From contig CAYVKO010000002.1 of NCBI GenBank assembly GCA_964452185.1, positions 1 through 61,445 of the forward strand: a DNA stretch of 61,445 bases. The letters are read 5' to 3'. The position numbers were made by a program, and so were the translations under genes. Under the pieces are notes generated by a model. That model saw only the letters and a list, made by a program, of their open reading frames with translations, did not search any database and was not told where the DNA came from. Positions 9,809-18,723 of the stretch are shown one piece after another (positions within the stretch are counted from its first letter, which is position 1; each line of letters begins with the position of its first letter). The stretch is from an uncultured Candidatus Saccharibacteria bacterium. Its GTDB lineage: Bacteria; Patescibacteriota; Minisyncoccia; Phycocordibacterales; SW-6-46-9.

Positions 9809-10651
9809 ATGTTTGACAATGATACGAAAACAGCTTTAGTGATTGGACCGGGTGGTCTTCGCGGAGCATACAACGCTGGTGCAATGGTCCGGCTGATTCG
9901 CAAATTGGGTAACAGTTGGGTGGACAGTGTGTATGCGTCGTCAGTTGGTGTTTGCATGGCGATGTTTTTTGCATCCGGGCAACACTATCCAGCTGAACAT
10001 GTTTGGCGAAACCATATACATGGCGATCAGTTTGTTGACTTAAAAAAGATATTCAAAGGTCGTTATTGGCTTGATCTTGAATATTTAGCTGGAATTGTAT
10101 CTGAAGAAGATTCGAATTTGTGGTTAGATGTAGAAGAAGCAGTCAATTCCCCTGTCCGTATAAATTTTACTCTGACGGATCGTGATCGTGGTGAAGCGGT
10201 ATATGTGTCTCCGGAAAAACACAACGTTTTCTCTCTTATGAAAGCTGCATGTGCTGTACCGTTTATGTACCCAGCTGTTTCAGTGAATGAAGGCGAATAC
10301 ATTGATGGTGGAATTACTGATCCGTTGCCGATAGAGAAAGCTTTTGATGACGGGCATGATAAAGTTGTGGTAATAACTAATCATCCAACTGGTGTTGCGC
10401 CCGATGAATATTTATTTAAAACCATGTCTTATTTTTACACGAACCCTATGGCGGAGAAGTTGCGCACGTATGCCCAACGTAAACGAGATAAATTAAAGAA
10501 AATGCAACAAGATCCGCGAATAATTTCAATTCAACCAACTGGCTCTCTGCCGCTACGTTCATTTATGGACTCAAATAAAAAACGGATTCACAAAACTTTT
10601 GACAGAGGGTTTTTAGATGCGAGCACGGTACTTGGCAAGCAAAAAGAGTAA
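9809..10651 (+). CDS. patatin-like phospholipase
   Basis: Glycine-rich oxyanion motif GPGGLRG. The nucleophile elbow is YASSVG (GxSxG with the first G replaced by A). The catalytic Asp motif is IDGGITD. Confidence 0.75.
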   Translation: MFDNDTKTALVIGPGGLRGAYNAGAMVRLIRKLGNSWVDSVYASSVGVCMAMFFASGQHYPAEHVWRNHIHGDQFVDLKKIFKGRYWLDLEYLAGIVSEEDSNLWLDVEEAVNSPVRINFTLTDRDRGEAVYVSPEKHNVFSLMKAACAVPFMYPAVSVNEGEYIDGGITDPLPIEKAFDDGHDKVVVITNHPTGVAPDEYLFKTMSYFYTNPMAEKLRTYAQRKRDKLKKMQQDPRIISIQPTGSLPLRSFMDSNKKRIHKTFDRGFLDASTVLGKQKE

Positions 10652-10663
10652 TATGATAAAAAC

Positions 10664-11800
10664 ATGCAGCCTTTAGCCGATACAATCCGCCCAACCTCAC
10701 TTGAAAATTTTGTAGGGCAAGAACATCTGGTAGGTGAAGAAAAACCGTTGCGTAATGCAATTGAGAACGGGTACGAAATGAGTTTTATTTTGTGGGGGCC
10801 GCCAGGTACTGGAAAAACTACAATAGCACAGATTTATGCTGAAGCCTTAGACGCTGATTTCCACGCTCTCAGTGCTGTTGATGCCGGCAAGCAGGATTTG
10901 CGAGATGTGGTGGCACAGGCTAAAAAGGTACAAGAACAAACCCTGCTTTTTCTGGATGAAATTCATCGGTTCAACAAAGCACAGCAAGACTTTCTTCTTC
11001 CGTATGTAGAGGATGGAACCTTGCTTTTAGTTGGGGCAACTACTGAAAACCCCAGTTTTGAAGTGAATTCAGCCTTGCTTTCTCGTACGCGAGTGTTTTC
11101 TTTAAACCCCCTCTCCAAAGAGGAAGTAGCACAAATTCTGCAACGTACGGATATAGATATGAGCGAGGAGACAATAAAGGCGGCTGCAGAATCGGCTAAC
11201 GGTGATGCCCGGAGTGCGATTGCTTTGGTTGAAGCAGCCAACAAGTTGTATGGTGAAGTAACCAAAGAAACACTTCAGGAGGCTGCAGCCAGTGAACATC
11301 TACGATTTGACCGGGAGGGCGAAGAGCACTACAACACAGTCAGTGCTTTTATTAAGAGTATGCGAGCTAGCCAGCCGGACGCAGCTTTGTACTATCTTGC
11401 CAGAATGATCGAAGCAGGGGAAGATCCAAAATTTATAGCGCGTCGGATGGTTATTTTTGCGTCTGAAGATATCGGACAAGCTGTACCGACGGCTTTAGTG
11501 GTGGCTAACGCTGCTTTCAATGCGGTACAAGCTGTTGGATTGCCGGAAGCTGAAATCAACTTGGCGGATGCTACTGTATACTTATCCAACTGCAACAAAA
11601 GTCGTGAGTCATACGAGGCGTACCGGGCAGCACAGTCTGATGTCAACAAGCATGGTAATCTTAAAATTCCAAAACGTATTAGAAACGCACCGACAGAGCT
11701 CATGCAGCGCCGAGGGTATGGTGAAGGATATAAGAAATATGATGACCAAGACATGCGGCCTGAAAAACTTCACGGAAAAGATTACTATGAAAAATCATAA
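10664..11800 (+). CDS. rarA: replication-associated recombination protein A (RarA/MgsA AAA+ ATPase)
   Basis: Walker A GPPGTGKTT and Walker B LLFLDEIHRFNK. The C-terminal MgsA domain shows HYNTVSAFIKSMRASQPDAALYYLARM and ASEDIG. Confidence 0.9.
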   Translation: MQPLADTIRPTSLENFVGQEHLVGEEKPLRNAIENGYEMSFILWGPPGTGKTTIAQIYAEALDADFHALSAVDAGKQDLRDVVAQAKKVQEQTLLFLDEIHRFNKAQQDFLLPYVEDGTLLLVGATTENPSFEVNSALLSRTRVFSLNPLSKEEVAQILQRTDIDMSEETIKAAAESANGDARSAIALVEAANKLYGEVTKETLQEAAASEHLRFDREGEEHYNTVSAFIKSMRASQPDAALYYLARMIEAGEDPKFIARRMVIFASEDIGQAVPTALVVANAAFNAVQAVGLPEAEINLADATVYLSNCNKSRESYEAYRAAQSDVNKHGNLKIPKRIRNAPTELMQRRGYGEGYKKYDDQDMRPEKLHGKDYYEKS

Positions 11801-11842
11801 CTTGTTTGAGGTGTAGTTTTAGTTGTCTTAACTTTTATTTTT

Positions 11843-13099
11843 ATGACACAGGATGAAGCTCTAGACATTTTAAAACGAGGTCTTCCAACCTATATTACCG
11901 GTCCGGCCGGAAGTGGGAAGACACATCTTCTCAATCGTTACGTTGAATGGTGCGAAAATGAAGGCTTAAATGTAGCGGTTACTGCCTCAACAGGTATTGC
12001 TGCTACGCATATTGGTGGTCGAACGGTACACTCGTGGTCCGGGATGGGTATTAAGGATCAGATGGACAAGCAAGAGCTGGATGCTTTGGCACAAAAAGAG
12101 TTTTTGCACAAAAGATACGTAAATACGGATGTGCTAATTATTGATGAGGTGAGTATGCTTAGCGCTGATCAACTGGATCTTTTGGATCAGATAGCTCGCA
12201 AGCTGCGGCGAGCTGATGCGGTCTTTGGTGGGCTCCAGGTGGTGATGAGTGGTGATCTGTTTCAGCTTCCGCCGATTTCGCAAAAATCCGGACCGCAGTA
12301 CATTACAGAAGCAAAGGTTTGGGATGAAAGTGAGCTGGCAATTTGTTACCTTACCGAGCAGTTCAGGCAAGAGGACGAAGAGTTTGAGCAGGTACTTGCG
12401 GACATCCGCTCCGGAAATGTTACTGAAGGAACAAAGGATGTAGTGCGAAGCCGGACGGTAGATGCTGGTAAGGATTTAACAGATGTTACGAGGCTTTATA
12501 GTCACAACAAAGATGTGTCAGCAGTAAACGAGAACCGCCTTGAGAAGCTTGATGGTGATTTGCACGTTTATAACATGCAAACCTCTGGCCCTAAAAAAGA
12601 AACGGATATTCTCAAGAAGGGTACACTTACTGCAGAAAAACTGCGGCTGAAACCAGAAGCACAGGTTATCTTTATAAAAAATGACCCGGCCGGTGAGTTT
12701 GTGAACGGGACTCGAGGTAAAGTCATTCGGTTTGAAAGCGGTATGCCGATCGTGCTGACAAACGATGGAAAGGAAGTCCATGTACGGCGAATGCGGTGGA
12801 GTCGACCCCATACTTCATCAAGCGCTCACATTTCACAGCTACCGCTGCGTTTAGCGTGGGCTATCACTGTCCATAAAAGCCAGGGAATGACACTGGATGA
12901 GGCGGCAATGGACTTATCAAATGTGTTTGTGGCTGGGCAAGGATATGTTGCGCTGTCTCGATTGCGCACCCTTTCGGGGCTGCATCTTTTAGGAGTTAAT
13001 GACCTGGCATTTTCGGTTGATTCGTACGTGAGAAAAAAAGATCGGCGTTTTCAGGCTATATCAAGTAAAATTCGAGAGGCGGTATTGAAAAATCAGTGA
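11843..13099 (+). CDS. PIF1/RecD-like SF1B ATP-dependent DNA helicase
   Basis: Walker A GPAGSGKTH and motif II LIIDEVSM, then SGDLFQLPPI. The C-terminal motif is AITVHKSQGMTLD. Confidence 0.8.
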   Translation: MTQDEALDILKRGLPTYITGPAGSGKTHLLNRYVEWCENEGLNVAVTASTGIAATHIGGRTVHSWSGMGIKDQMDKQELDALAQKEFLHKRYVNTDVLIIDEVSMLSADQLDLLDQIARKLRRADAVFGGLQVVMSGDLFQLPPISQKSGPQYITEAKVWDESELAICYLTEQFRQEDEEFEQVLADIRSGNVTEGTKDVVRSRTVDAGKDLTDVTRLYSHNKDVSAVNENRLEKLDGDLHVYNMQTSGPKKETDILKKGTLTAEKLRLKPEAQVIFIKNDPAGEFVNGTRGKVIRFESGMPIVLTNDGKEVHVRRMRWSRPHTSSSAHISQLPLRLAWAITVHKSQGMTLDEAAMDLSNVFVAGQGYVALSRLRTLSGLHLLGVNDLAFSVDSYVRKKDRRFQAISSKIREAVLKNQ

Positions 13100-13132
13100 T
13101 ATGGTTACAATAAGGTTGTAATCGATTAAATC

Positions 13133-13549
13133 ATGAAAATCTTCAAAATATTTAACCGCGGTCGAGTGCTTAAAAGAATAAAAAATCGGCTGCAAAAACA
13201 ACAAAATGGAGAAGGCCCCGAAAAGATAGTAAAAGATATAGCTAAGGACTGGTTAACCGGATATGCCATCTACTACGGTTTATGGATGCTGCTGATTATA
13301 GCGTTTCTTTGTGTGCTTTCGTTTACCAGTTGGCTTGGCGGCCCGTATGTGGTAGCTCAAATCATATTGTTTCTTTTTGTTGGCTCAATTTTGTTGTTGG
13401 CAGGAAGCTTGCTCTGGTTGTGGCGGAAAGCTAAAAAAGAGGTGGATAATCTAAAAAAGCGTCACGAACGTCGGAAAGCACGAGATGCTAAAACCACTGA
13501 CTCGGATATTCGCAACGCAGAGGTAATCTCCTCGAAGGACGATGAATAA
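13133..13549 (+). CDS. small membrane protein, unknown function
   Basis: Two predicted TM helices sit between basic termini. The stop overlaps the start of the next ORF by 8 nt. Confidence 0.5.
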   Translation: MKIFKIFNRGRVLKRIKNRLQKQQNGEGPEKIVKDIAKDWLTGYAIYYGLWMLLIIAFLCVLSFTSWLGGPYVVAQIILFLFVGSILLLAGSLLWLWRKAKKEVDNLKKRHERRKARDAKTTDSDIRNAEVISSKDDE

Positions 13550-15374
13550 TCCGGACTCTCCAGTGATGCTGTTTGATGGCGACTGTTCTTTCTGCCGAAC
13601 ATGGATTAACTGGTGGCGAAAAAAGACGAAAGGGCAAGTTGCTTTCCGTCCGTACCAAAAAGCTGTTGAAGATTTTCCGCAGGTAAGCGAAGCTGAAGCT
13701 AAAAAAGCAGTGCAGTTCATAGAGTCTGATGGAAAAGTTACAAGTGGAGCACAGGCGGTATTTCGCATGCTGGCGATTTCCGGAAGTGGTACCTGGAACT
13801 GGATGTACGATAATATTCCCGGCTTTGGTTGGGTAAGCGAGTCAGTGTACCAACTGGTAGCACGGAATCGCTCAACGGCTTACTCGCTGATGGGGTTAGG
13901 TACAGCCAGCAGCTCCTTCGTGTTTTCTTCTTGGTTGTTTTTGAAGATTTTAGGAATAGTATACCTAATTGCGTTTGCGTCGTTTGGAGTTCAGGCGTTC
14001 GGACTTATAGGCAAAGACGGAATACTTCCGGTTTCTCGGTACATGGCGCAAGTTAAAGCAACGCTGGCTGAAAGTTGGGTAACACAAGTACCAACATTGT
14101 TTGGTTTCAGTGCCGGTGACTGGATGATACAACTGATTATTATCGCCGGTATTATTTGCTCTGTAAGTCTTATAATTGGATTTTTGCCTCGTGTAGCACT
14201 TGTAGCTCTCTTCGTTTTGTATCTTTCGGTGGTGAACGGTGGACAGATGTTCTTTTCCTTTCAATGGGATATTTTGCTCTTGGAGGCGGGCTTTCTGGCT
14301 ATCTTTTTGACCCCTTCTTCAAACATAGCTGTGTGGGTTTTCTGGTGGCTTTTGGCAAAGGTTATGCTAATGAGTGGTGCGGTTAAGTTCATGTCGAGTG
14401 GTGAGACCTGGGAAAACCTAACTGCGATGAACTACCACTTCTTTACCCAGCCGATTCCGAATGTCGGTGGATACTTGGCACATCAACTGCCAGCTTGGGT
14501 GCACAAAATTGGTACCGCTGGTGTGTTGGTAATTGAGTTAGGGTGTGCTGCCTTGCTTGGGCTTTCACGTAAGTTTAGGTTTGCCGGAGCTGTCGGAATA
14601 ACTTTGCTTCAAGTTATAATTGCGCTGACCGGCAACTACACATTTTTCAATATTCTTACAGCCGGTATTGCACTTATGGTGTTTGATGATGCACTTTGGC
14701 AATCTGTACTGCCTACCGGATGGGTTGATACGGTTACCACCGGCGTGCAGTCGGTTGGCTTAGGGTGGCCGATTGGCGGAGTGGCTGCAGTTACATCAGC
14801 GAGTGTTGGTGTCTGGCTTGGGTGGTTGGCAGTAGGTGTGGGAGTGGCGTATCTTGTCTTGTCAGGATTTCAGGCAGCTCAAATGCTTACTCGCTTCAAT
14901 CCACCAAATGTGATCCAGAAAAGCTTACAATCGGTAAAACCTTTCCACATCACCAACACATACGGCTTGTTTGCCAACATGACAACCCAGCGTCCGGAGA
15001 TTACCATAGAGGGGTCTCGGGATGGTGAAAATTGGGAGGCCTATAAATTTAGATATAAACCGAACGGTCCTAAGGATGCCCCGCCACAGGTTGCTCCACA
15101 TCAACCGCGTCTGGACTGGCAGATGTGGTTTGCGGCACTTCGGGATCGTCCGCCGGCCTGGTTTCAGAATTTTGCAGTACGGTTACTTGAAGGCAGCAAG
15201 TCGGTTACGGATTTACTTGCTCATAACCCGTTTCCAGACAAGCCGCCCCGACACATCCGTGCACGCGTGCAGAACTATGAGTTTACTGATTTTCAAACAT
15301 GGTGGCAAACAGATAACTTCTGGCAAGTAAGTGAGTTGCATTCTTACATGTCTTCAATATCAGTAGAGAGATAA
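13542..15374 (+). CDS. fusion of DCC-family thiol-disulfide oxidoreductase (DUF393) and lipase maturation factor (LMF)-family membrane protein
   Basis: The N-terminus MLFDGDCSFCRTWINWW carries the DxxCxxC signature. It is followed by a polytopic membrane domain and a C-terminal segment (HQPRLDWQMWFAAL) typical of the LMF family. Confidence 0.7.
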   Translation: MNNPDSPVMLFDGDCSFCRTWINWWRKKTKGQVAFRPYQKAVEDFPQVSEAEAKKAVQFIESDGKVTSGAQAVFRMLAISGSGTWNWMYDNIPGFGWVSESVYQLVARNRSTAYSLMGLGTASSSFVFSSWLFLKILGIVYLIAFASFGVQAFGLIGKDGILPVSRYMAQVKATLAESWVTQVPTLFGFSAGDWMIQLIIIAGIICSVSLIIGFLPRVALVALFVLYLSVVNGGQMFFSFQWDILLLEAGFLAIFLTPSSNIAVWVFWWLLAKVMLMSGAVKFMSSGETWENLTAMNYHFFTQPIPNVGGYLAHQLPAWVHKIGTAGVLVIELGCAALLGLSRKFRFAGAVGITLLQVIIALTGNYTFFNILTAGIALMVFDDALWQSVLPTGWVDTVTTGVQSVGLGWPIGGVAAVTSASVGVWLGWLAVGVGVAYLVLSGFQAAQMLTRFNPPNVIQKSLQSVKPFHITNTYGLFANMTTQRPEITIEGSRDGENWEAYKFRYKPNGPKDAPPQVAPHQPRLDWQMWFAALRDRPPAWFQNFAVRLLEGSKSVTDLLAHNPFPDKPPRHIRARVQNYEFTDFQTWWQTDNFWQVSELHSYMSSISVER

Positions 15375-15507
15375 ACGGACTTAAAAGAGCAGAAGGGTTT
15401 GACGAGTATAAAAAAAGATTATACTATCACTCATGGATCGAAAAGTAGGTTGTTGGCATCCGAACGTTTTTGTTTTTGCTCTTTAACAAATCGCAAGGTG
15501 TATACTT

Positions 15508-16203
15508 ATGAGTCGCAAACTAGTTTTTGTTTTTCTGGTTTTGGTGATAGCGATCTCCGCTATCGTTTACTTTCAGTTTAAGAGTGATAATCAGCCAGAA
15601 AATGTAGCGTACACGCTTATATCTGAATTAGTAGAGGTGGAAAATGAAGAAGGGATTCGAGGTGGGGGTATTTACCTATTGAAAGGAGAAGATTGCACAG
15701 TTCGTCCTGGCGGGAAGCTCGACACGCTAGAGGGAGTGCGTGAAGAGCCGAAAGATTCTGTCAAGATACGTTATCTGCACAATCGCGAGCTTGAAGTGGG
15801 TGATTGTCCTCATGGGACAATTTTTACCATGAATGCTCAAGATTTTTCTGTTATTTCGAGCGAGGAGAATATTGCTAAAAAAACCAAAAGAGAAATCCGC
15901 GCAGTATTGGAAAGGGAAAAGGAATCATCCACAAAATCTACCTATCAAGTAACTTCATCTGAAAGAGTCGCCGTATTAAACCCTGAAGGGATCGAAACGG
16001 GAGAATACTCTCGTGAGGATTTTATGGGCTCATGCTCTATATCTCCAGGAGCGAAGGTTCAGGTAATTGGTAGGGTGGGCGATGATAATGTACCACTCCT
16101 TCGGTATCAAATACCAGAATCGGATGTCGGTCCTCTTTCTTGCCCATCCGGAACTTTGTTTGCGGTTGAAGAACAGGAGTTTTCTTCTTTGTTTCAAAAG
16201 TAG
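15508..16203 (+). CDS. membrane-anchored protein with two internal two-Cys repeats, unknown function
   Basis: N-terminal TM helix. Residues about 34-116 and about 145-228 align to each other (C..PG.K ... (I/L)RY......VG..(S)CP.GT(I/L)F......(D/E)FS). Confidence 0.55.
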   Translation: MSRKLVFVFLVLVIAISAIVYFQFKSDNQPENVAYTLISELVEVENEEGIRGGGIYLLKGEDCTVRPGGKLDTLEGVREEPKDSVKIRYLHNRELEVGDCPHGTIFTMNAQDFSVISSEENIAKKTKREIRAVLEREKESSTKSTYQVTSSERVAVLNPEGIETGEYSREDFMGSCSISPGAKVQVIGRVGDDNVPLLRYQIPESDVGPLSCPSGTLFAVEEQEFSSLFQK

Positions 16204-16296
16204 TTTAATTAACTTAACTAAACAACATCAGGAGTGTATTGCTACTCGGCGGTACACTCTTTTTTTAATGTTTACAAACACTTATACTAGGGATAC

Positions 16297-17859
16297 ATGA
16301 GTACCACAACGATCACAAAAGCATTGGACGCTTTCGTCACGAGCGAAGCTCGCAAGCGCGGAGTGGAAGAGTATCGGATACTCCAGCGTCGCTCGATTAC
16401 AGAGATTGCCAACAAGAAACCGGAAACTAAGTCCGACCTCAAAGATGTTTATGGTATTGGGGAGAAGAAAGCAGATCGGTACGGCAGCAAGATACTTTCT
16501 ATTGTTAAAAAAGGAGGTTCAGCAGAAAGTGAAGAAGAGGAGGAAGATGTACTTTCAGTTGGGGAGCTTGTACGGAAAGCCAATGAATCACTTCGCTCAC
16601 TAGATGCTCGGGTTCGTGGTGAGATTACTGAAGTGTCGATTTCGAATAGCGGAAATGTGTACTTGTCCTTAAAAGACGCTGAAGCCGGCGTAGTACTTAA
16701 TTGTTTTGTGTCTCAGCATGTTTACGAATTGGGAGACGTCGAACTGCGAGAGGGAATGGAGATAATATGTGACGGATATCCGAGTGTGTATGAACCACGA
16801 GGAAGTTTTCGTTTGCAAGTACAGGCAATAGAACCGGCCGGAGAAGGAGCGCTTCGAGCACAGTATGAAAAACTCAAAAAGGAATTAACCGAGGAAGGAG
16901 TATTTGCAGAAGAGAAAAAACGTGATCTACCCACGCTCCCGGAATCAATTGGAGTTATAACTTCCCGGACCGGAGCTGTTATTGATGACATATGGGAAAA
17001 TCTCGGTCCGTTTGGTTTTGATGTACAGTTGTATGATGCGCGAGTGGAGGGTAAGCGGGCTCTAGAAGAGTTGCTAGAAGCCATGGAGTACTTTGCTGGT
17101 ACGGATGTAGACATTATCGTAATAGGTCGTGGTGGTGGAAGCTTGGAGGCGCTTCAAGCCTTTAACTCTGAAGCGCTGGTACGAGCTGTGGCGAACTCAC
17201 CTGTTCCGGTAATTGCGTCAATTGGTCACGAAAAAGACGTTCCGCTTGTAGCTATGGCGGCGGACAAATCGGTTTCTACTCCGTCTATGGCTGCGGTTGA
17301 AATCCGCTCTTCATGGGAGGCAACCAGGCAGTGGCTGGACGAACAGGCGGGAAGGCAAATTAAAACAACCTTTAAAAAGAAACTAAAAACAGTTCAGCAA
17401 AAGATTGACCGGCACACACTCACACTCAAAAGTCAGCTTAACCAGGTAGCCGGTTATTTTGAGACGCTTGAAAACAGATTCATTCGGGCTGCAGAATCAA
17501 CCAAGAGTCGTGCCCTGCGATCCTTCCGCGATCTAAAGAAGCGATTTTACCGAGCGGTACGTCTTACTGAAAAACAGAAAGAGCTACAAAAAAAAGATTT
17601 AAATACTCAGACGGATAGGATGATACAAGTATTTGACCGCCTAATGAGTGACCTAAAAGAAAACATTAAAAGTAGAGAAAAAGAGCTTACTGTCAATGAT
17701 CCGTCTCGTCTGCTTTCGCGGGGATACAGTATTGTAAAAAGCGGAGATGAGGTTGTGCGCACAACAGAAGACGTATCAGCGGGAGATATAACTGATATTC
17801 GTGTGACAGATGGTACAATTACGTCTGAAGTAAAAAACACTAACCAAAAGAAAGATTAA
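16297..17859 (+). CDS. xseA: exodeoxyribonuclease VII large subunit with N-terminal HRDC-like extension
   Basis: From about residue 85 it has an OB-fold start (SVGELVRKANESL...VRGEITEVSISNSGNVYLSLKD). The catalytic core shows VITSRTGAVIDD, IVIGRGGGSLEAL and ASIGHEKD, followed by a C-terminal coiled coil. Residues 1-75 resemble an HRDC domain. Confidence 0.88.
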   Translation: MSTTTITKALDAFVTSEARKRGVEEYRILQRRSITEIANKKPETKSDLKDVYGIGEKKADRYGSKILSIVKKGGSAESEEEEEDVLSVGELVRKANESLRSLDARVRGEITEVSISNSGNVYLSLKDAEAGVVLNCFVSQHVYELGDVELREGMEIICDGYPSVYEPRGSFRLQVQAIEPAGEGALRAQYEKLKKELTEEGVFAEEKKRDLPTLPESIGVITSRTGAVIDDIWENLGPFGFDVQLYDARVEGKRALEELLEAMEYFAGTDVDIIVIGRGGGSLEALQAFNSEALVRAVANSPVPVIASIGHEKDVPLVAMAADKSVSTPSMAAVEIRSSWEATRQWLDEQAGRQIKTTFKKKLKTVQQKIDRHTLTLKSQLNQVAGYFETLENRFIRAAESTKSRALRSFRDLKKRFYRAVRLTEKQKELQKKDLNTQTDRMIQVFDRLMSDLKENIKSREKELTVNDPSRLLSRGYSIVKSGDEVVRTTEDVSAGDITDIRVTDGTITSEVKNTNQKKD

Positions 17860-17862
17860 ACT

Positions 17863-18075
17863 ATGGCTGAAGAAGAGAAAAATCTAAAACAAACACTAAA
17901 GCGGCTCAAGCAAATTATTGCTGACCTTGAGGGAGGTGAGGCGGTTGATGTAGAGGCTGGTCTTGAGAAAGTGAAAGAAGGAGCAGGCCTTGTAAAGCAA
18001 GCTCGAAAACGCTTTGATGATCTGGAGAATGAGTTCGCGGATGTTAAGGAAGATTTGGAGGAGGATGCAAGTTAG
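17863..18075 (+). CDS. xseB: exodeoxyribonuclease VII small subunit
   Basis: 70-aa helical protein lying 3 nt after xseA. It shows the LKRLKQIIADLEGGE...LEKVKEGAGLVKQARKRFDDLE pattern. Confidence 0.8.
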   Translation: MAEEEKNLKQTLKRLKQIIADLEGGEAVDVEAGLEKVKEGAGLVKQARKRFDDLENEFADVKEDLEEDAS

Positions 18076-18096
18076 AAAATAACCTTTAAACACATC

Positions 18097-18723
18097 ATGC
18101 AATCTATTATTAAAAAAGCATCTGTTCTATTAATTACTGTTGCAGTAGTAGGGGCTGGTATAGGGGCGGCATCAACTGTATTTGCTCAGACAAGCTCTGA
18201 AGGCGATACACCTACGGCCACCAATACGCCGGTAGCTTCCACCAGCACTAGCGCGGACAGTGAGTCAATCTCTCATGGAGAACTACATCTTAACTTGGAT
18301 GTTCCAAAACGTATTAGCTCATCACCGGCTCGGTTTGAGGATTTAGATATCAATCCTGAAACAGTACTTAACGAAAATCTTTTAGAAGTGTATGCCCGCC
18401 ACCTTGCCCTTACTGAACCTATAGATCTGATAGATATCAGTGACGAAGAAGTCATAACGGAGATTGACGGTCCGGCTAAACTTTTTGGGTTTATTCCGGT
18501 TGGTACCACTTACCGAGTAGAGGTAGAGCTTGATCCACAGCTAGAAGACGTTACGGTAACGCAGCCTGATTCTTGGGGGTGGTTGGCTACAAAAAAGCAA
18601 TCAGATGTAGTTGTTAGCCAAATTGCAGCTAATATTGATGCTGCAGAGTATATCTCCGAAACGCAGCTAAAAGCGTATGTGTTGCAGGCAACGGTTCAGG
18701 CTGTAGAAGAGGGTGGCAATTAA
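18097..18723 (+). CDS. secreted protein, unknown function
   Basis: Signal peptide ending VFAQ, then a Thr/Ser-rich linker. No motif recognised. Confidence 0.5.
   Translation: MQSIIKKASVLLITVAVVGAGIGAASTVFAQTSSEGDTPTATNTPVASTSTSADSESISHGELHLNLDVPKRISSSPARFEDLDINPETVLNENLLEVYARHLALTEPIDLIDISDEEVITEIDGPAKLFGFIPVGTTYRVEVELDPQLEDVTVTQPDSWGWLATKKQSDVVVSQIAANIDAAEYISETQLKAYVLQATVQAVEEGGN

Noticed and set aside
9809-13099. I considered patatin phospholipase + AAA+ ATPase + SF1 helicase as a possible defence island (CBASS/Gabija-like).
   Set aside because: The AAA+ protein is a clear RarA/MgsA ortholog and the helicase is PIF1/RecD-like, both housekeeping. There is no cyclase, sensor or nuclease partner, and the genes have ordinary spacing.
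15399-15424. A TTGACG ... TATACT promoter-like pair lies upstream of ORF 15508.
   Set aside because: The spacer is only 15 nt, so it is too uncertain to list as a feature.
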